Positions 10,903 through 20,800 of a stretch of 64,000 bases of DNA are shown one piece after another (position 1 is the first letter of the stretch; each line of letters begins with the position of its first letter). Position numbers and translations under genes: made by a program. The DNA is taken from the NCBI GenBank assembly GCA_043719295.1, contig JAYSUD010000001.1:189799-253798 (forward strand). The letters run 5' to 3'. The stretch comes from a bacterium (lineage in GTDB: Bacteria; Patescibacteriota; Minisyncoccia; Phycocordibacterales; UBA918). The notes under the pieces were generated by a model. That model saw nothing but the letters and a program-made list of their open reading frames with translations, ran no database searches and was not told where the DNA came from.

Positions 10903-11282
10903 AAATAAAAAACTTAAGTGATTTGCGTAATGCAGATATAAAATTCAAATTAGAGAAAATACCTACAAACGAAATTATTATAAAAAGCGTAGATAATTTT
11001 TGCGACGGTCCACTAAGTGGAGAATGCACTTGGCGGAACAAAGAATATTATTATCAGTGCTTTGATCAGATTGATCCACATACAGACGAAGATCTTCGCC
11101 CAAGGAAGTATCTTTTGCTTCATTTAACTCCTCAACAATTTAACGAAAATTCTCTACTAGAAAAACTCTATGCCAAAAGTGCAGACAGTGATTCTCTGAG
11201 AAATGAATATCTATTTGAGTATGAAAAATCTACTCCACAAATAATACGTAGAGAACAGATTATCGCTTGGTTTGAGGAATGA
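10899..11282 (+). CDS. putative cognate immunity protein of the RHS toxin
   Basis: Its ATG overlaps the toxin TGA stop (ATGA), which suggests translational coupling. Small cytoplasmic protein with no recognisable domains. The position is typical for RHS immunity genes. Confidence 0.5.
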   Translation: MKIKNLSDLRNADIKFKLEKIPTNEIIIKSVDNFCDGPLSGECTWRNKEYYYQCFDQIDPHTDEDLRPRKYLLLHLTPQQFNENSLLEKLYAKSADSDSLRNEYLFEYEKSTPQIIRREQIIAWFEE

Positions 11283-11411
11283 ACAAAGTGTCGATAGAAT
11301 AGACGCAGCAATAGCTGATAGTTATATGACACCAGCAGGAGACAGTCGCGCAATGGGGCATAAAAGGGGATAAGTCCAATAAAAACTCAAATATCATGGT
11401 CTAATAAATTA

Positions 11412-12083
11412 ATGCCTCGCATGAACAGAGTTGCCGTAGGTAACACTGTGTATCACGTACTTAATCGTGCAAATGGTCGTGCTCAAATCTTTCACACTGA
11501 TGCAGAATACCAACACTTCGAATCACTCCTTTTAGAAGGTGTGGAGCTTATCGGTATGAGAATACTCGCATACTGCATCATGCCAAATCACTGGCATCTT
11601 GTACTCTATCCACATAAGGATGGAAATATGAGTGAGTTTATGCGGTGGGTTACTACCACACATGTTCGACAACGACGGACACAAACAAAAAGTGTCGGTG
11701 CAGGTCATTTGTATCAAGGTACATACAAATCGTTTCCAATTGAAACCGATCACCATTTACTCACCGTGATACGCTATGTTGAACAAAATCCATTACGAGC
11801 AAAGCTTGTGACTCAAGCAGAACAATGGCAATGGTCATCTTTATATAGAAGGGAGAGAAATAATGACGAAGATAAAAAGTTTCTGTCAGTACTTCCAACA
11901 GAATTACCAGAGAATTATCTTGAATCAGTTAATACTATTCTTTCTGAATCAGTTCTAACCAGCGTTCGTCATTCTCTCACCAAGGGTACTCCGTATGGTG
12001 GAGATATTTGGACAAGGGAGATGATTGATAAGTATAATTTAGGGAGTACCATACGAGGTCCAGGGAGACCAAGATTAGATTAA
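11412..12083 (+). CDS. IS200/IS605-family HUH tyrosine transposase-like protein (RAYT-like, COG1943) with a C-terminal extension
   Basis: HUH motif CIMPNHWHLVLYP and a catalytic-Tyr region HLYQGTYKS. No TnpB partner. A single gene flanked by repeat-rich DNA. Confidence 0.75.
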   Translation: MPRMNRVAVGNTVYHVLNRANGRAQIFHTDAEYQHFESLLLEGVELIGMRILAYCIMPNHWHLVLYPHKDGNMSEFMRWVTTTHVRQRRTQTKSVGAGHLYQGTYKSFPIETDHHLLTVIRYVEQNPLRAKLVTQAEQWQWSSLYRRERNNDEDKKFLSVLPTELPENYLESVNTILSESVLTSVRHSLTKGTPYGGDIWTREMIDKYNLGSTIRGPGRPRLD

Positions 12084-12208
12084 TATTACAACATGAATAT
12101 TGCAGAAATAACGGACGTATCCCTGTTACCTCAAAAATAGAAATCTACCCTCCTCTGTTTTAGTTGCAACTATAGATTGTTGTAGTGCTATACTTATTTC
12201 AATAATTT

Positions 12209-13327
12209 ATGATCAAGATTGTTCTAGTTGGAGGGGGGAGTGGAGGGCATTTTTATCCGCTTATTGCGGTAGCTGAGCAAGTGGCAGCGTATAAAAAAAG
12301 AGGACTTGATGTAGAGATGTACTACATGGGTACAGAGGCCTATAACCAGGCTGACCTTGATGCCAATGGGATTTCTTTTATCTACTGTCCATCGGGAAAG
12401 AGACGAAAGTATTTTTCACTCTTAAACTATTTTGATATTTTTAAAGTTATCTATGGTTTTTTTGTAGCGGTTTATAAACTGTACATTCTCTATCCTGATG
12501 TTGTCTTTAGTAAGGGAAGTTATACGAGCGTTCCGGTAACGCTTGCTGCATGGGTGTTACGTATTCCGGTTGTTGTACACGAATCAGACACACGTCCCGG
12601 AAGTGCAAACAAACTTGAGTCACGGTTTGCACGATACGTTGCAATTTCTTTTGAAGAAGTAGCACAGTACTTTCCTCAAGACAAAATTGGACTTACTGGA
12701 ATCCCACTTCGTAAAGCGTTTGTAGAAAAAATTGATAATCCTGTTATGGAGCTTGGGCTACCTTCTGACAAACCACTCATCTTTGTTACCGGTGGTTCTT
12801 TTGGTGCACAGCGACTTAATAACCTCATTTTAGAATCGCTTAACGAACTGTTGCCTTCATACGTCATACTCCATCAAACAGGGGAGACCAATGCAAAAGA
12901 AGTGCAGAGTTATGCGTCAACTATTATTAATGATACACAACTCCTTGCGCACTACTTTGTAAAAGGTTCTTTAACAGCGAGAGAAATGAACCTTGCTTCA
13001 AGTGTTGCGTCACTTATCATCTCAAGAGCGGGAACGGGAAGTATCTATGAAATAGCTCAAAAAGGGAAGCCGGCAATTTTGATCCCAATACCCGAAGCAA
13101 TTAGCCACGATCAAAAGACAAACGCATATGCGTATGCACGAACGGGAGGTGCGTCGGTCCTTGAGGAGGGGAATTTAACTGACGGTTTGCTTGCTTCTGA
13201 AATTAGCCGTATTATGGAAAACCAAGAGGTATACGATTCTATGCAGAAAAATGCACTCGCATTTGGACATACTGACGCGAGCCTAAAGATTGCTGATACC
13301 CTAATTGGGATCGCTCAAGAACACTAG
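12209..13327 (+). CDS. murG: undecaprenyldiphospho-muramoylpentapeptide beta-N-acetylglucosaminyltransferase
   Basis: GGGSGGHFYP N-terminal motif and GT28 family architecture. dcw context. Confidence 0.9.
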   Translation: MIKIVLVGGGSGGHFYPLIAVAEQVAAYKKRGLDVEMYYMGTEAYNQADLDANGISFIYCPSGKRRKYFSLLNYFDIFKVIYGFFVAVYKLYILYPDVVFSKGSYTSVPVTLAAWVLRIPVVVHESDTRPGSANKLESRFARYVAISFEEVAQYFPQDKIGLTGIPLRKAFVEKIDNPVMELGLPSDKPLIFVTGGSFGAQRLNNLILESLNELLPSYVILHQTGETNAKEVQSYASTIINDTQLLAHYFVKGSLTAREMNLASSVASLIISRAGTGSIYEIAQKGKPAILIPIPEAISHDQKTNAYAYARTGGASVLEEGNLTDGLLASEISRIMENQEVYDSMQKNALAFGHTDASLKIADTLIGIAQEH

Positions 13328-13330
13328 TCG

Positions 13331-13460
13331 GACCTGCATAAATGGCACATTTCTTCGTTATACTGCATAAAATAACACTCATCGTACCCAACGTACGCCT
13401 CGCATTATTTCACTTGTATGCCTCGAACTGCACTCGTTACTGTAGGTCCTTGGAAGTTAA
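13331..13460 (-). repeat. interspersed repeat family 2 copy (reverse orientation)
   Basis: Its reverse complement reads acgagtgcagttcgaggcatacaag...aataatgcgaggcgtacgtt...aacgaagaaatgtgccatttatgcagg, nearly identical to the copy at 55561. Confidence 0.6.
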
Positions 13461-13537
13461 CAAATTGATTTTAGTATTCAATTTGGTATCATTTAAATAA
13501 TAACCATATTTTCCAACATATTTCTCTGACTAATTAT

Positions 13538-14995
13538 ATGAATCAAAACCAAAAAGTAGTAACACGTTTTGCACCGTCGCCAACGGGGTTTATGCATATT
13601 GGGGGTGTGCGTACTGCGCTTTTTTCATACTTGTATGCTCGAAAGCACAATGGAACGTTTATTCTCCGCATTGAAGATACAGACAAAGAGCGGGAAGTAG
13701 CGGGGTCAATTGCGCATATAATGGAATCACTTTTGTGGCTAGAGATACAGTGGGACTATGGTCCAGACAAAGTAAATCCGTTTGGTTCTTGTATTCAATC
13801 TGAACGGTTAGAATCATATAAAGAATTCGCACAGAAACTTATTGAGAAAGGGTTAGCGTACCCTGATCCATACACAAAGGAAGAGGTGGACGCCTTTCGG
13901 GCACAAGCTGAAACCGAAAAAAAGCCTTTTCTATTCCGTAACTACCGACCGGAAGTATTTGAAGTTTGGGATGGTACAAAACCGCTTCGATTGAAAGTGC
14001 CTGAAGTAAAACGATACACGTGGCAAGATGCTGTACGTGGTGAACTTACCGCAGGTGAAGAAATGGTTGATGATATTGTCATCATCAAAGCAGATGGATA
14101 CCCGACATACAACTTTGCCCATATCATTGATGATATGGCAATGGGAGTAACACACATTATGCGGGGAGAAGAGTTTATTTCAAGCATGCCAAAGTTTCTT
14201 TCTTTGTACGACGCACTTGAAATTCCATATCCTGTGTTTGTCACTATGCCACCGATCTTAAATGACGAGAAAACAAAAAAACTTGGTAAGCGTGATGGTG
14301 CAAAAGATATTCTTGACTATAAGAGTGAAGGATACTTACCTGAAACGATGATGAACTTTTTAGCACTCATTGGCTGGAACCCTGGAACCGAACAAGAACT
14401 TTTTTCACACAAAGAGCTCATCGAAGTATTTTCACTTGAAAAGATTCAAAAGAGTGGGGGAGCATTTAACGAAGAAAAGCTTCTTTGGATGAATAAAGAA
14501 TACCTGCAAAAAATGGAACCTTCTGCTTTTTTTGAGTATGTAAAAAAAGCACTCCCCGATGCAATTACAAACCATAGTGATTTTTCTGATGAAGTCTTAA
14601 ACAGACTTATTCCAATCATCAAAGAACGAATTCATGTACAAACTGAAATTACCAAAAGTGCACAAGAAGGGGAATATGACTTTGCGTTTATGACACCCGA
14701 TGTACCAAAACTGTTACTCCTGTGGAAAAACGATACTTCTGTACAAGATGCACTTCCTCGTCTGATACACACCATCACACTTCTTGAAACAGCTGATTTT
14801 AGCTCACCTGAAGCCATAAAAGCCTCATTATGGGCCTATGCAGAGGAAGTTGGACGTGGAGAGCTCCTATGGCCATTACGGGTTGCATTAACCGGAAAAG
14901 AGAAGTCGCCTGACCCTTTTGTATCAGCATTTGTCATCGGTAAAGAGGAAAGTATTGCACGTATCAAAAACGCATGTGCTAAAATAAGTGGGTAA
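13538..14995 (+). CDS. gltX: glutamate--tRNA ligase
   Basis: HIGG and KLGKR (KMSKS-like) class I motifs. Length and overall similarity fit GluRS. Confidence 0.9.
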   Translation: MNQNQKVVTRFAPSPTGFMHIGGVRTALFSYLYARKHNGTFILRIEDTDKEREVAGSIAHIMESLLWLEIQWDYGPDKVNPFGSCIQSERLESYKEFAQKLIEKGLAYPDPYTKEEVDAFRAQAETEKKPFLFRNYRPEVFEVWDGTKPLRLKVPEVKRYTWQDAVRGELTAGEEMVDDIVIIKADGYPTYNFAHIIDDMAMGVTHIMRGEEFISSMPKFLSLYDALEIPYPVFVTMPPILNDEKTKKLGKRDGAKDILDYKSEGYLPETMMNFLALIGWNPGTEQELFSHKELIEVFSLEKIQKSGGAFNEEKLLWMNKEYLQKMEPSAFFEYVKKALPDAITNHSDFSDEVLNRLIPIIKERIHVQTEITKSAQEGEYDFAFMTPDVPKLLLLWKNDTSVQDALPRLIHTITLLETADFSSPEAIKASLWAYAEEVGRGELLWPLRVALTGKEKSPDPFVSAFVIGKEESIARIKNACAKISG

Positions 14996-16296
14996 TGTTT
15001 GTACGTCGATTTAGCATATTTATACTTGGACTCTTAGTCATCCCACTCTTATCTCTTGGGACTTCTTTTGTGCATGCACAAACTGCAGTTGAAAAACTTC
15101 AGGGTGAAATCACAGCAAAAAATACACGCTTGAGTGAAATTGAAAAAGAGATTGCAGGATACGAAGCGTCACTTAAAGAAGTGGGTGCAGAAAAGACAAC
15201 ACTCCAAAAAGCTATCAACCAACTCTCACTTGAGCGAAAAAAAGTACAAGCTGACATTAGCTACACAGAAAACAAAATCAGTGCAACTGATCTTGAAATC
15301 AATAAAATTACGTTCGAAATTGGGTTAACTGAAAAGAATATCAACCAAAACGAAAATGCGATTCGGGGGATTTTGAAGACCATGAACATCAATGATCAGG
15401 AAACGATGATTGAGATACTTCTCCAACACAAAAACATTTCTGAGTTTTGGAACGCATTTGAAGAACTTGAGACGGTTAAGAGTAAGATGTCCGAACAAAT
15501 TGCAAACTTGTCACAAGAGAAGGGGACACTTGTAGACAAGCGAGTTGATAACACTGAAAAGCGAGAAGAACTAGTTGATTTAAAAACACAATTTAGTGAT
15601 CAACAAGGAATCTTAACAAGCAACACTGCGACGAAAGCAGAGTTACTCTCTGCAACAAAAAATGAAGAAAAGGAGTATCAAGCAATGCTTAAAGCGAGAA
15701 AAGAAGCACGTGAGAAACTTGTAGCAGAAGTACAAGACATTGAGTCACAGTTAAAATTTATTCTTGATCCAACTTCTATCCCATCATCAGGAAGCAATGT
15801 ATTCCGATGGCCCGTTGATAATCCGTACATTACCCAATACTTCGGCTATACAAAATTTGCACTCCAAAGTGGCGCGTATAAAAACAACATGCACAACGGT
15901 ATGGACTTAGGTGCACCTGTTGGCACAAAAATTTACGCCCCCCTTGGTGGAACTGTGCGCATGACAGGGAATACCGACTTAGTTCCTGGGTGTTACTCAT
16001 GGGGTAAGTGGGCATTGGTTGATCATCCAAATGGTCTCTCATCAATGTTTGCTCACATGAGCCAAGTTTCTGTTACTCCTGGACAAGCCCTCAAGACAAG
16101 TGATGTTGTTGGCTACATTGGGAGTACTGGCTACTCAACTGGTCCTCACTTGCACTTTACACTCTACGTAACCGCCGGAGTACAAGTCAAACAATTTAAT
16201 CAATTCAAAGCTGTTACCGGGTGCGGAGCAGCGTTATCACCATTTGCTGCAGTTGAGGCGTATCTTGATCCACTGGATTATCTGTCACCGTTGTAA
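14995..16296 (+). CDS. M23 family peptidoglycan DD-metalloendopeptidase with N-terminal coiled coil (EnvC/NlpD-like)
   Basis: Signal peptide, a long coiled coil, a C-terminal HxxxD...HxH LytM domain (HNGMDLGAP...GPHLHF). TAATG overlap with gltX. Confidence 0.8.
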   Translation: MFVRRFSIFILGLLVIPLLSLGTSFVHAQTAVEKLQGEITAKNTRLSEIEKEIAGYEASLKEVGAEKTTLQKAINQLSLERKKVQADISYTENKISATDLEINKITFEIGLTEKNINQNENAIRGILKTMNINDQETMIEILLQHKNISEFWNAFEELETVKSKMSEQIANLSQEKGTLVDKRVDNTEKREELVDLKTQFSDQQGILTSNTATKAELLSATKNEEKEYQAMLKARKEAREKLVAEVQDIESQLKFILDPTSIPSSGSNVFRWPVDNPYITQYFGYTKFALQSGAYKNNMHNGMDLGAPVGTKIYAPLGGTVRMTGNTDLVPGCYSWGKWALVDHPNGLSSMFAHMSQVSVTPGQALKTSDVVGYIGSTGYSTGPHLHFTLYVTAGVQVKQFNQFKAVTGCGAALSPFAAVEAYLDPLDYLSPL

Positions 16297-16315
16297 ATTA
16301 GTTAATGAGAATAGA

Positions 16316-17227
16316 ATGAAAAGAGGAACAATAAAATTGATTATATATTCGTTCTTAGGTTTAATTATTATTATATTTCTTAGTGTTGTAGCAAACACCC
16401 CTACTGGGTACACCAAAACCATAGCAAGATATAACTGTGGCGCTTTTGATTTAGCATTACAACTAGATTTTGACAGAAATTGGCTGTGGGGAGATGTTAT
16501 TCGATATCAAATTGTATATAGCGATCAAGAATTCAAAAATAATATAATTTATCGAAATGGTTTATCCACACTGAAGTTTAGTGATCCTCGTGGTGTACCG
16601 CCTCTAAACTCAAATATATCTGTACGTATATTTTCTGAATCTGGAAGAAATCTTGTTCCTGTATACATTCCAAAAGTTGATGAACCTCTGCCATACGGAG
16701 ATGACAATAAAAAATTTTCTGATGCTGAATTTATATTTTTAGCTAACTGTATACAAGAAAATGAATTTGCAATATATAAAGCAACAGAGAATTTTAAACG
16801 CTATGTACCAATTCTATATTTAAAACGAACATCTGGTTTCTTATCAGATGAAATCCCTCAATTAGGAAGTCTTAGTCATATAGATAGTAGTTTGCTGTAT
16901 ACAAAAATTGAAGATTCATTTAGTGAAATGAACAATGATGAATTGGTCAGTGCAAAAAAGTTTTTTATTGATAATACTGCTGTATATGTTGATTTTAATG
17001 GTGATATTCGGTATATAGAAGATTATACTGCTTGGAAAAAAAGTGAAGACTCAACTGGTGAGGCGGAAAGTATTAGTGTAGGCACTATTTTTACAACCAA
17101 TCTTGAATCTACCAGCTTACTTGGGCCACTACAAGATATCTCGAATATGAAAACAGAAGATGATTTAACTTTTAAAGAGTACCTGAAGCAAGGTCAGAAA
17201 CGTTTTGGTATAGATTTTAAACTTTAA
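16316..17227 (+). CDS. hypothetical N-terminally membrane-anchored protein in an AT-rich gene
   Basis: ORF with an N-terminal TM helix, AT-rich codon usage compared with its neighbours, and no recognisable domain. Confidence 0.5.
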   Translation: MKRGTIKLIIYSFLGLIIIIFLSVVANTPTGYTKTIARYNCGAFDLALQLDFDRNWLWGDVIRYQIVYSDQEFKNNIIYRNGLSTLKFSDPRGVPPLNSNISVRIFSESGRNLVPVYIPKVDEPLPYGDDNKKFSDAEFIFLANCIQENEFAIYKATENFKRYVPILYLKRTSGFLSDEIPQLGSLSHIDSSLLYTKIEDSFSEMNNDELVSAKKFFIDNTAVYVDFNGDIRYIEDYTAWKKSEDSTGEAESISVGTIFTTNLESTSLLGPLQDISNMKTEDDLTFKEYLKQGQKRFGIDFKL

Positions 17228-17361
17228 AGTAAAATATATAAACTGATTTACCATAATAAAGTCAGTTTGTGAATAACCGGTTGATATTGTTCTTTATAAA
17301 CCTAAGGATAATCTGTGGACAAGGGATAACCCTTTAGTATTTTTAGTTGATGCTACAATAA

Positions 17362-18786
17362 GTGAACATGAAAACAACCACACCAACTTCAATCATTATT
17401 CTTGGTGGCGGAGGTGATTTGGCACAGCGAAAACTAGTGCCATCGTTATGTACACTCTTTGTGCAAGGGCACCTACCTTCAGTTTTTCGAATTACGGGTC
17501 TTGCACGCACCCTACGTTCAAACCAAGAGTATCGTGAATTTGTAGCAGAGGCACTGAAGAAGTCAGATGGTGATTTTAGCGAGGAAGACATTGATTCTTT
17601 TTGTTTGCATGTAACCTACGTGAGCGGATCACTTGATGAAAGTGCAAGTTACACAACACTTAAAAAAACCATAGAGGACTTTGAAGTGGAGGCCTCACAA
17701 CGTGTTAACGTACTTTTTTATCTTGCAGTACCACCAGCACAATACGAAGCTACATTTATAAACCTGCATGAGAGCAAACTCGCGGTTGTTGAAGAAGGAA
17801 ATGTCCACTGGGCTCGTATTTTGGTAGAAAAACCATTTGGTAATGACTTTGCATCTGCACAAAAGCTTGACGCAACACTTTCTTCTTTATTTCCTGAAGA
17901 ACAAATTTTTCGTATTGACCACTACCTTGCAAAGGAAGCAGTTCAAAATATTCTTTCCTTCCGTTTTGCCAATAGACTCTTGTTGCCTTCATGGAACAAA
18001 ACGTCCATTAAAGAAATACACATCACCATGTACGAATCAATTGATGTGGGGACACGAGGTTCATTTTATGACCCTGTTGGAGCATTACGTGACGTCGGAC
18101 AAAATCATTTACTCCAATTACTCGCGTTAATCTCCATGGATGAACCAGAAAAACTCGATGCAGTACACATACGAAAGAACCGTGGTAAGATACTCAAAAA
18201 ACTTATTCCTATAGAACGTGACGCAATACAAAGCTCAGTCATTCGGGGGCAATATGAAACGTATACAACCACAGAAGGAGTAGACCCGAACTCACAAACA
18301 GAAACGTATTTTGAATTTAAAGCTACACTTGCTACTGACGCTTGGAGAGGAGTGCCCTTTATCGTTCGTGCAGGAAAAGGAATGGCAAAAGAAAAAGTTT
18401 CTATTGAAATCTTTTTTCATGATGTCTCCTCAGGCCCATTTCAAACACAAGACTGTGCAACCGTTGGCAACTCAATTATACTTACCGTATCACCGTGCCA
18501 ATCAATGCATATGACCATCAATGTAAAACAGCCGGGGTATGGATACCAAGTTGAACCACAAACACTTTCATACCTATGGGATACACAAACAACACACCCC
18601 ATAAATGCATACGAGAAAGTATTACTCGATTGTATTGAAGGAGATCAAACGCTTTTTACACAAGCTGAAGAAGTCCTTGCCTCGTGGAAATTTATTACTT
18701 CAATAACAGAGAATTGGCAAAGTGTACCACTGCAGGTATACAAAAAGGGAAGCAATGGACCCATACAAAAGCTTGGAACTTCATAA
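17362..18786 (+). CDS. zwf: glucose-6-phosphate 1-dehydrogenase
   Basis: GGGGDLAQRKL NADP-binding motif, RIDHYLAKE active-site motif, EKPFG. Confidence 0.9.
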   Translation: MNMKTTTPTSIIILGGGGDLAQRKLVPSLCTLFVQGHLPSVFRITGLARTLRSNQEYREFVAEALKKSDGDFSEEDIDSFCLHVTYVSGSLDESASYTTLKKTIEDFEVEASQRVNVLFYLAVPPAQYEATFINLHESKLAVVEEGNVHWARILVEKPFGNDFASAQKLDATLSSLFPEEQIFRIDHYLAKEAVQNILSFRFANRLLLPSWNKTSIKEIHITMYESIDVGTRGSFYDPVGALRDVGQNHLLQLLALISMDEPEKLDAVHIRKNRGKILKKLIPIERDAIQSSVIRGQYETYTTTEGVDPNSQTETYFEFKATLATDAWRGVPFIVRAGKGMAKEKVSIEIFFHDVSSGPFQTQDCATVGNSIILTVSPCQSMHMTINVKQPGYGYQVEPQTLSYLWDTQTTHPINAYEKVLLDCIEGDQTLFTQAEEVLASWKFITSITENWQSVPLQVYKKGSNGPIQKLGTS

Positions 18787-18798
18787 TTTAAACTACAT

Positions 18799-19731
18799 AT
18801 GAATCAAAATATAAAAGAAATTGTATATGTCGGACTTGGAAGAATGGGGGCTTCCATGTGTGCACTTTTAGTTGAGAAAGGATATGCAGTGCACGGATTT
18901 GATTCAAACCCTGATTCACGAAATAAAGCTGAAAGTGGGGGAGTAATAACCTATAAAAGCATAGAAAGTGCTCTTGGAGCTTTAGCTGAAGAACCCAAAA
19001 CAATTTGGATAATGGTGCCTTCACGGTACGTTGATGAAGTTATAGCTGATTGTATACCACACCTGAAAACAGGTGACACAATAATTGATGGGGGAAATAG
19101 TTTTTTTAAAGATTCATTACGACGACAAAATGAACTTGAGGATAGGGGAATTAACTTTATTGATTGTGGTACTTCAGGAGGAGTTCAAGGCGCACGAACG
19201 GGCGCTTCGCTTATGGTTGGAGGGGAAGTGAAGGCAGTTCAAGCACACAGTGCACTTTTTACAGACTTAGCAACAGAAAATGGATTTGCACACGTTGGAG
19301 GCCCTAGTGCCGGCCACTTTACAAAAATGGTCCACAACGCAATTGAGTACGGTATGATGGGAGCAATTGCTGAAGGAGTCAATATCCTAAACGAACACAA
19401 AGAGGCACTTAGTATTGATATTCACCAGGCGTTAAAACCCTATGAGCACGGGAGTATTATTGAAAGTAACCTAATGTCGTGGCTTTCTAAGGCGTACAAT
19501 ACAGAAGGGTTACTTGAACGCATTGCTGGAGAAGTACCTAAGGGTGAAACTGAGATGGAGATGGAGTATTTAATTTCAAGTGAAGAAGTACTGGTGCTTG
19601 AAGCAGCTGTTGCACAACGTAAAAAAACACGAACTAAACCTTCGTTTACGGGGACTTTAATTGCAGCTATGCGAAATCAATTCGGAGGGCACACTATATT
19701 GCCTGTACATAAAAACAACCATCTACAATGA
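18799..19731 (+). CDS. gnd: 6-phosphogluconate dehydrogenase (decarboxylating), short NAD(P)-binding form
   Basis: GLGRMGASM Rossmann motif and short-form 6PGDH architecture. Lies between zwf and pgl. Confidence 0.8.
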   Translation: MNQNIKEIVYVGLGRMGASMCALLVEKGYAVHGFDSNPDSRNKAESGGVITYKSIESALGALAEEPKTIWIMVPSRYVDEVIADCIPHLKTGDTIIDGGNSFFKDSLRRQNELEDRGINFIDCGTSGGVQGARTGASLMVGGEVKAVQAHSALFTDLATENGFAHVGGPSAGHFTKMVHNAIEYGMMGAIAEGVNILNEHKEALSIDIHQALKPYEHGSIIESNLMSWLSKAYNTEGLLERIAGEVPKGETEMEMEYLISSEEVLVLEAAVAQRKKTRTKPSFTGTLIAAMRNQFGGHTILPVHKNNHLQ

Positions 19732-20432
19732 AAACACAGACTTCAGATACTCCTGCATTTGAAGCGGGACAGTATATTCAAGAAAAACTTGCATCACACA
19801 AAGATGAACATATTTTGCTTCTTGTTGCTGGAGGATCGGCGTTTTCAGTCCTTGAAGTAATAGATGGGACACAACTTTCTTCGATGGTAACAATTGGGAC
19901 TACAGACGAACGATTTACACACGAAAAGAAAGGGAACAATTTTATGATGCTTGAGGAAACAACTTTTTATAAAGATGCAAGGGAAGTAGGAGCACAGTGT
20001 ATTAGCTCAAAACCACAAATCGGAGATACTCACGAAAGCTTTACCAAACGTCTTTTGCTTGCGTTTGAAGATTATTACAAGACCCATTCTAACTCCTACA
20101 CAATTGGACTTTTCGGTATTGGTGAAGACGGGCACACCGCAAGTATTTTCCCAACATCAGAAAGTGAATTTATTTCAAAGTATGGAAGTGGTGCACTCTA
20201 CGTACCGCTTACAAACAACTCATTGCAGTACATGTATCGCACGACCATAACTCCCTCTTTTATTGAAGAAAAAATTGATGACGTTGTACTCTATGCTACC
20301 GGCAACAATAAGTGTGACAACATACTCAACTACATGCACAACAGAAACTTCAATCATTACCAGATTCCAGCCCTTATCCCAGCGCAACACCAACAAAGCA
20401 TTTTATTCACCGATTGCTACACATTGCTCTAA
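19728..20432 (+). CDS. pgl: 6-phosphogluconolactonase (NagB/Pgl family)
   Basis: GGS and IGEDGHTASIFP motifs. ATGA overlap with gnd. Confidence 0.75.
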   Translation: MKTQTSDTPAFEAGQYIQEKLASHKDEHILLLVAGGSAFSVLEVIDGTQLSSMVTIGTTDERFTHEKKGNNFMMLEETTFYKDAREVGAQCISSKPQIGDTHESFTKRLLLAFEDYYKTHSNSYTIGLFGIGEDGHTASIFPTSESEFISKYGSGALYVPLTNNSLQYMYRTTITPSFIEEKIDDVVLYATGNNKCDNILNYMHNRNFNHYQIPALIPAQHQQSILFTDCYTLL

Positions 20433-20503
20433 AACGACGTCACAAAATCGATTTTAAGAGGTCTCTGTATCCCAAGAGGTATATTGGTGTACCTACCTTA
20501 AGC

Positions 20504-20550
20504 TAGAAAAACTACGTACTAGTTCAAATGAACTTTTATGTAGTTTTTTA
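20504..20550 (+). terminator. rho-independent terminator of the zwf-gnd-pgl operon
   Basis: aaaaactacg...agttcaaatgaact...gtagtttttt nested hairpin followed by a T-run. Confidence 0.5.
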
Positions 20551-20675
20551 AAACTTATTAATAATTTGAAAATTTTAGCAAATTTATTCAAATTGAGAAA
20601 TCTCGGGAAAATGAATTATTGAAATTAAACTGAACTTGAACAACACTCTGAACAATGACAGGTCTTAAAAGAAGA

Positions 20676-20800
20676 TTATGCGACGCTGAAGCGATCATAC
20701 AATCTTGTCAACTTTTGCGACGCGTATATATTAACCTTTGGCTATATATAAGCGTCGCAAAAGATATATTGTGCGACGCTTCTCTATACCGTGAGAAGGG
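20676..20800. promoter_or_regulatory. cluster of GCGACGC/GCGTCGC palindromes; possible operator array or small structured RNA
   Basis: cttttgcgacgcgtatatat ... atatataagcgtcgcaaaag inverted repeat, plus two further tgcgacgct copies and a cttctc...gagaag hairpin. Confidence 0.3.
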
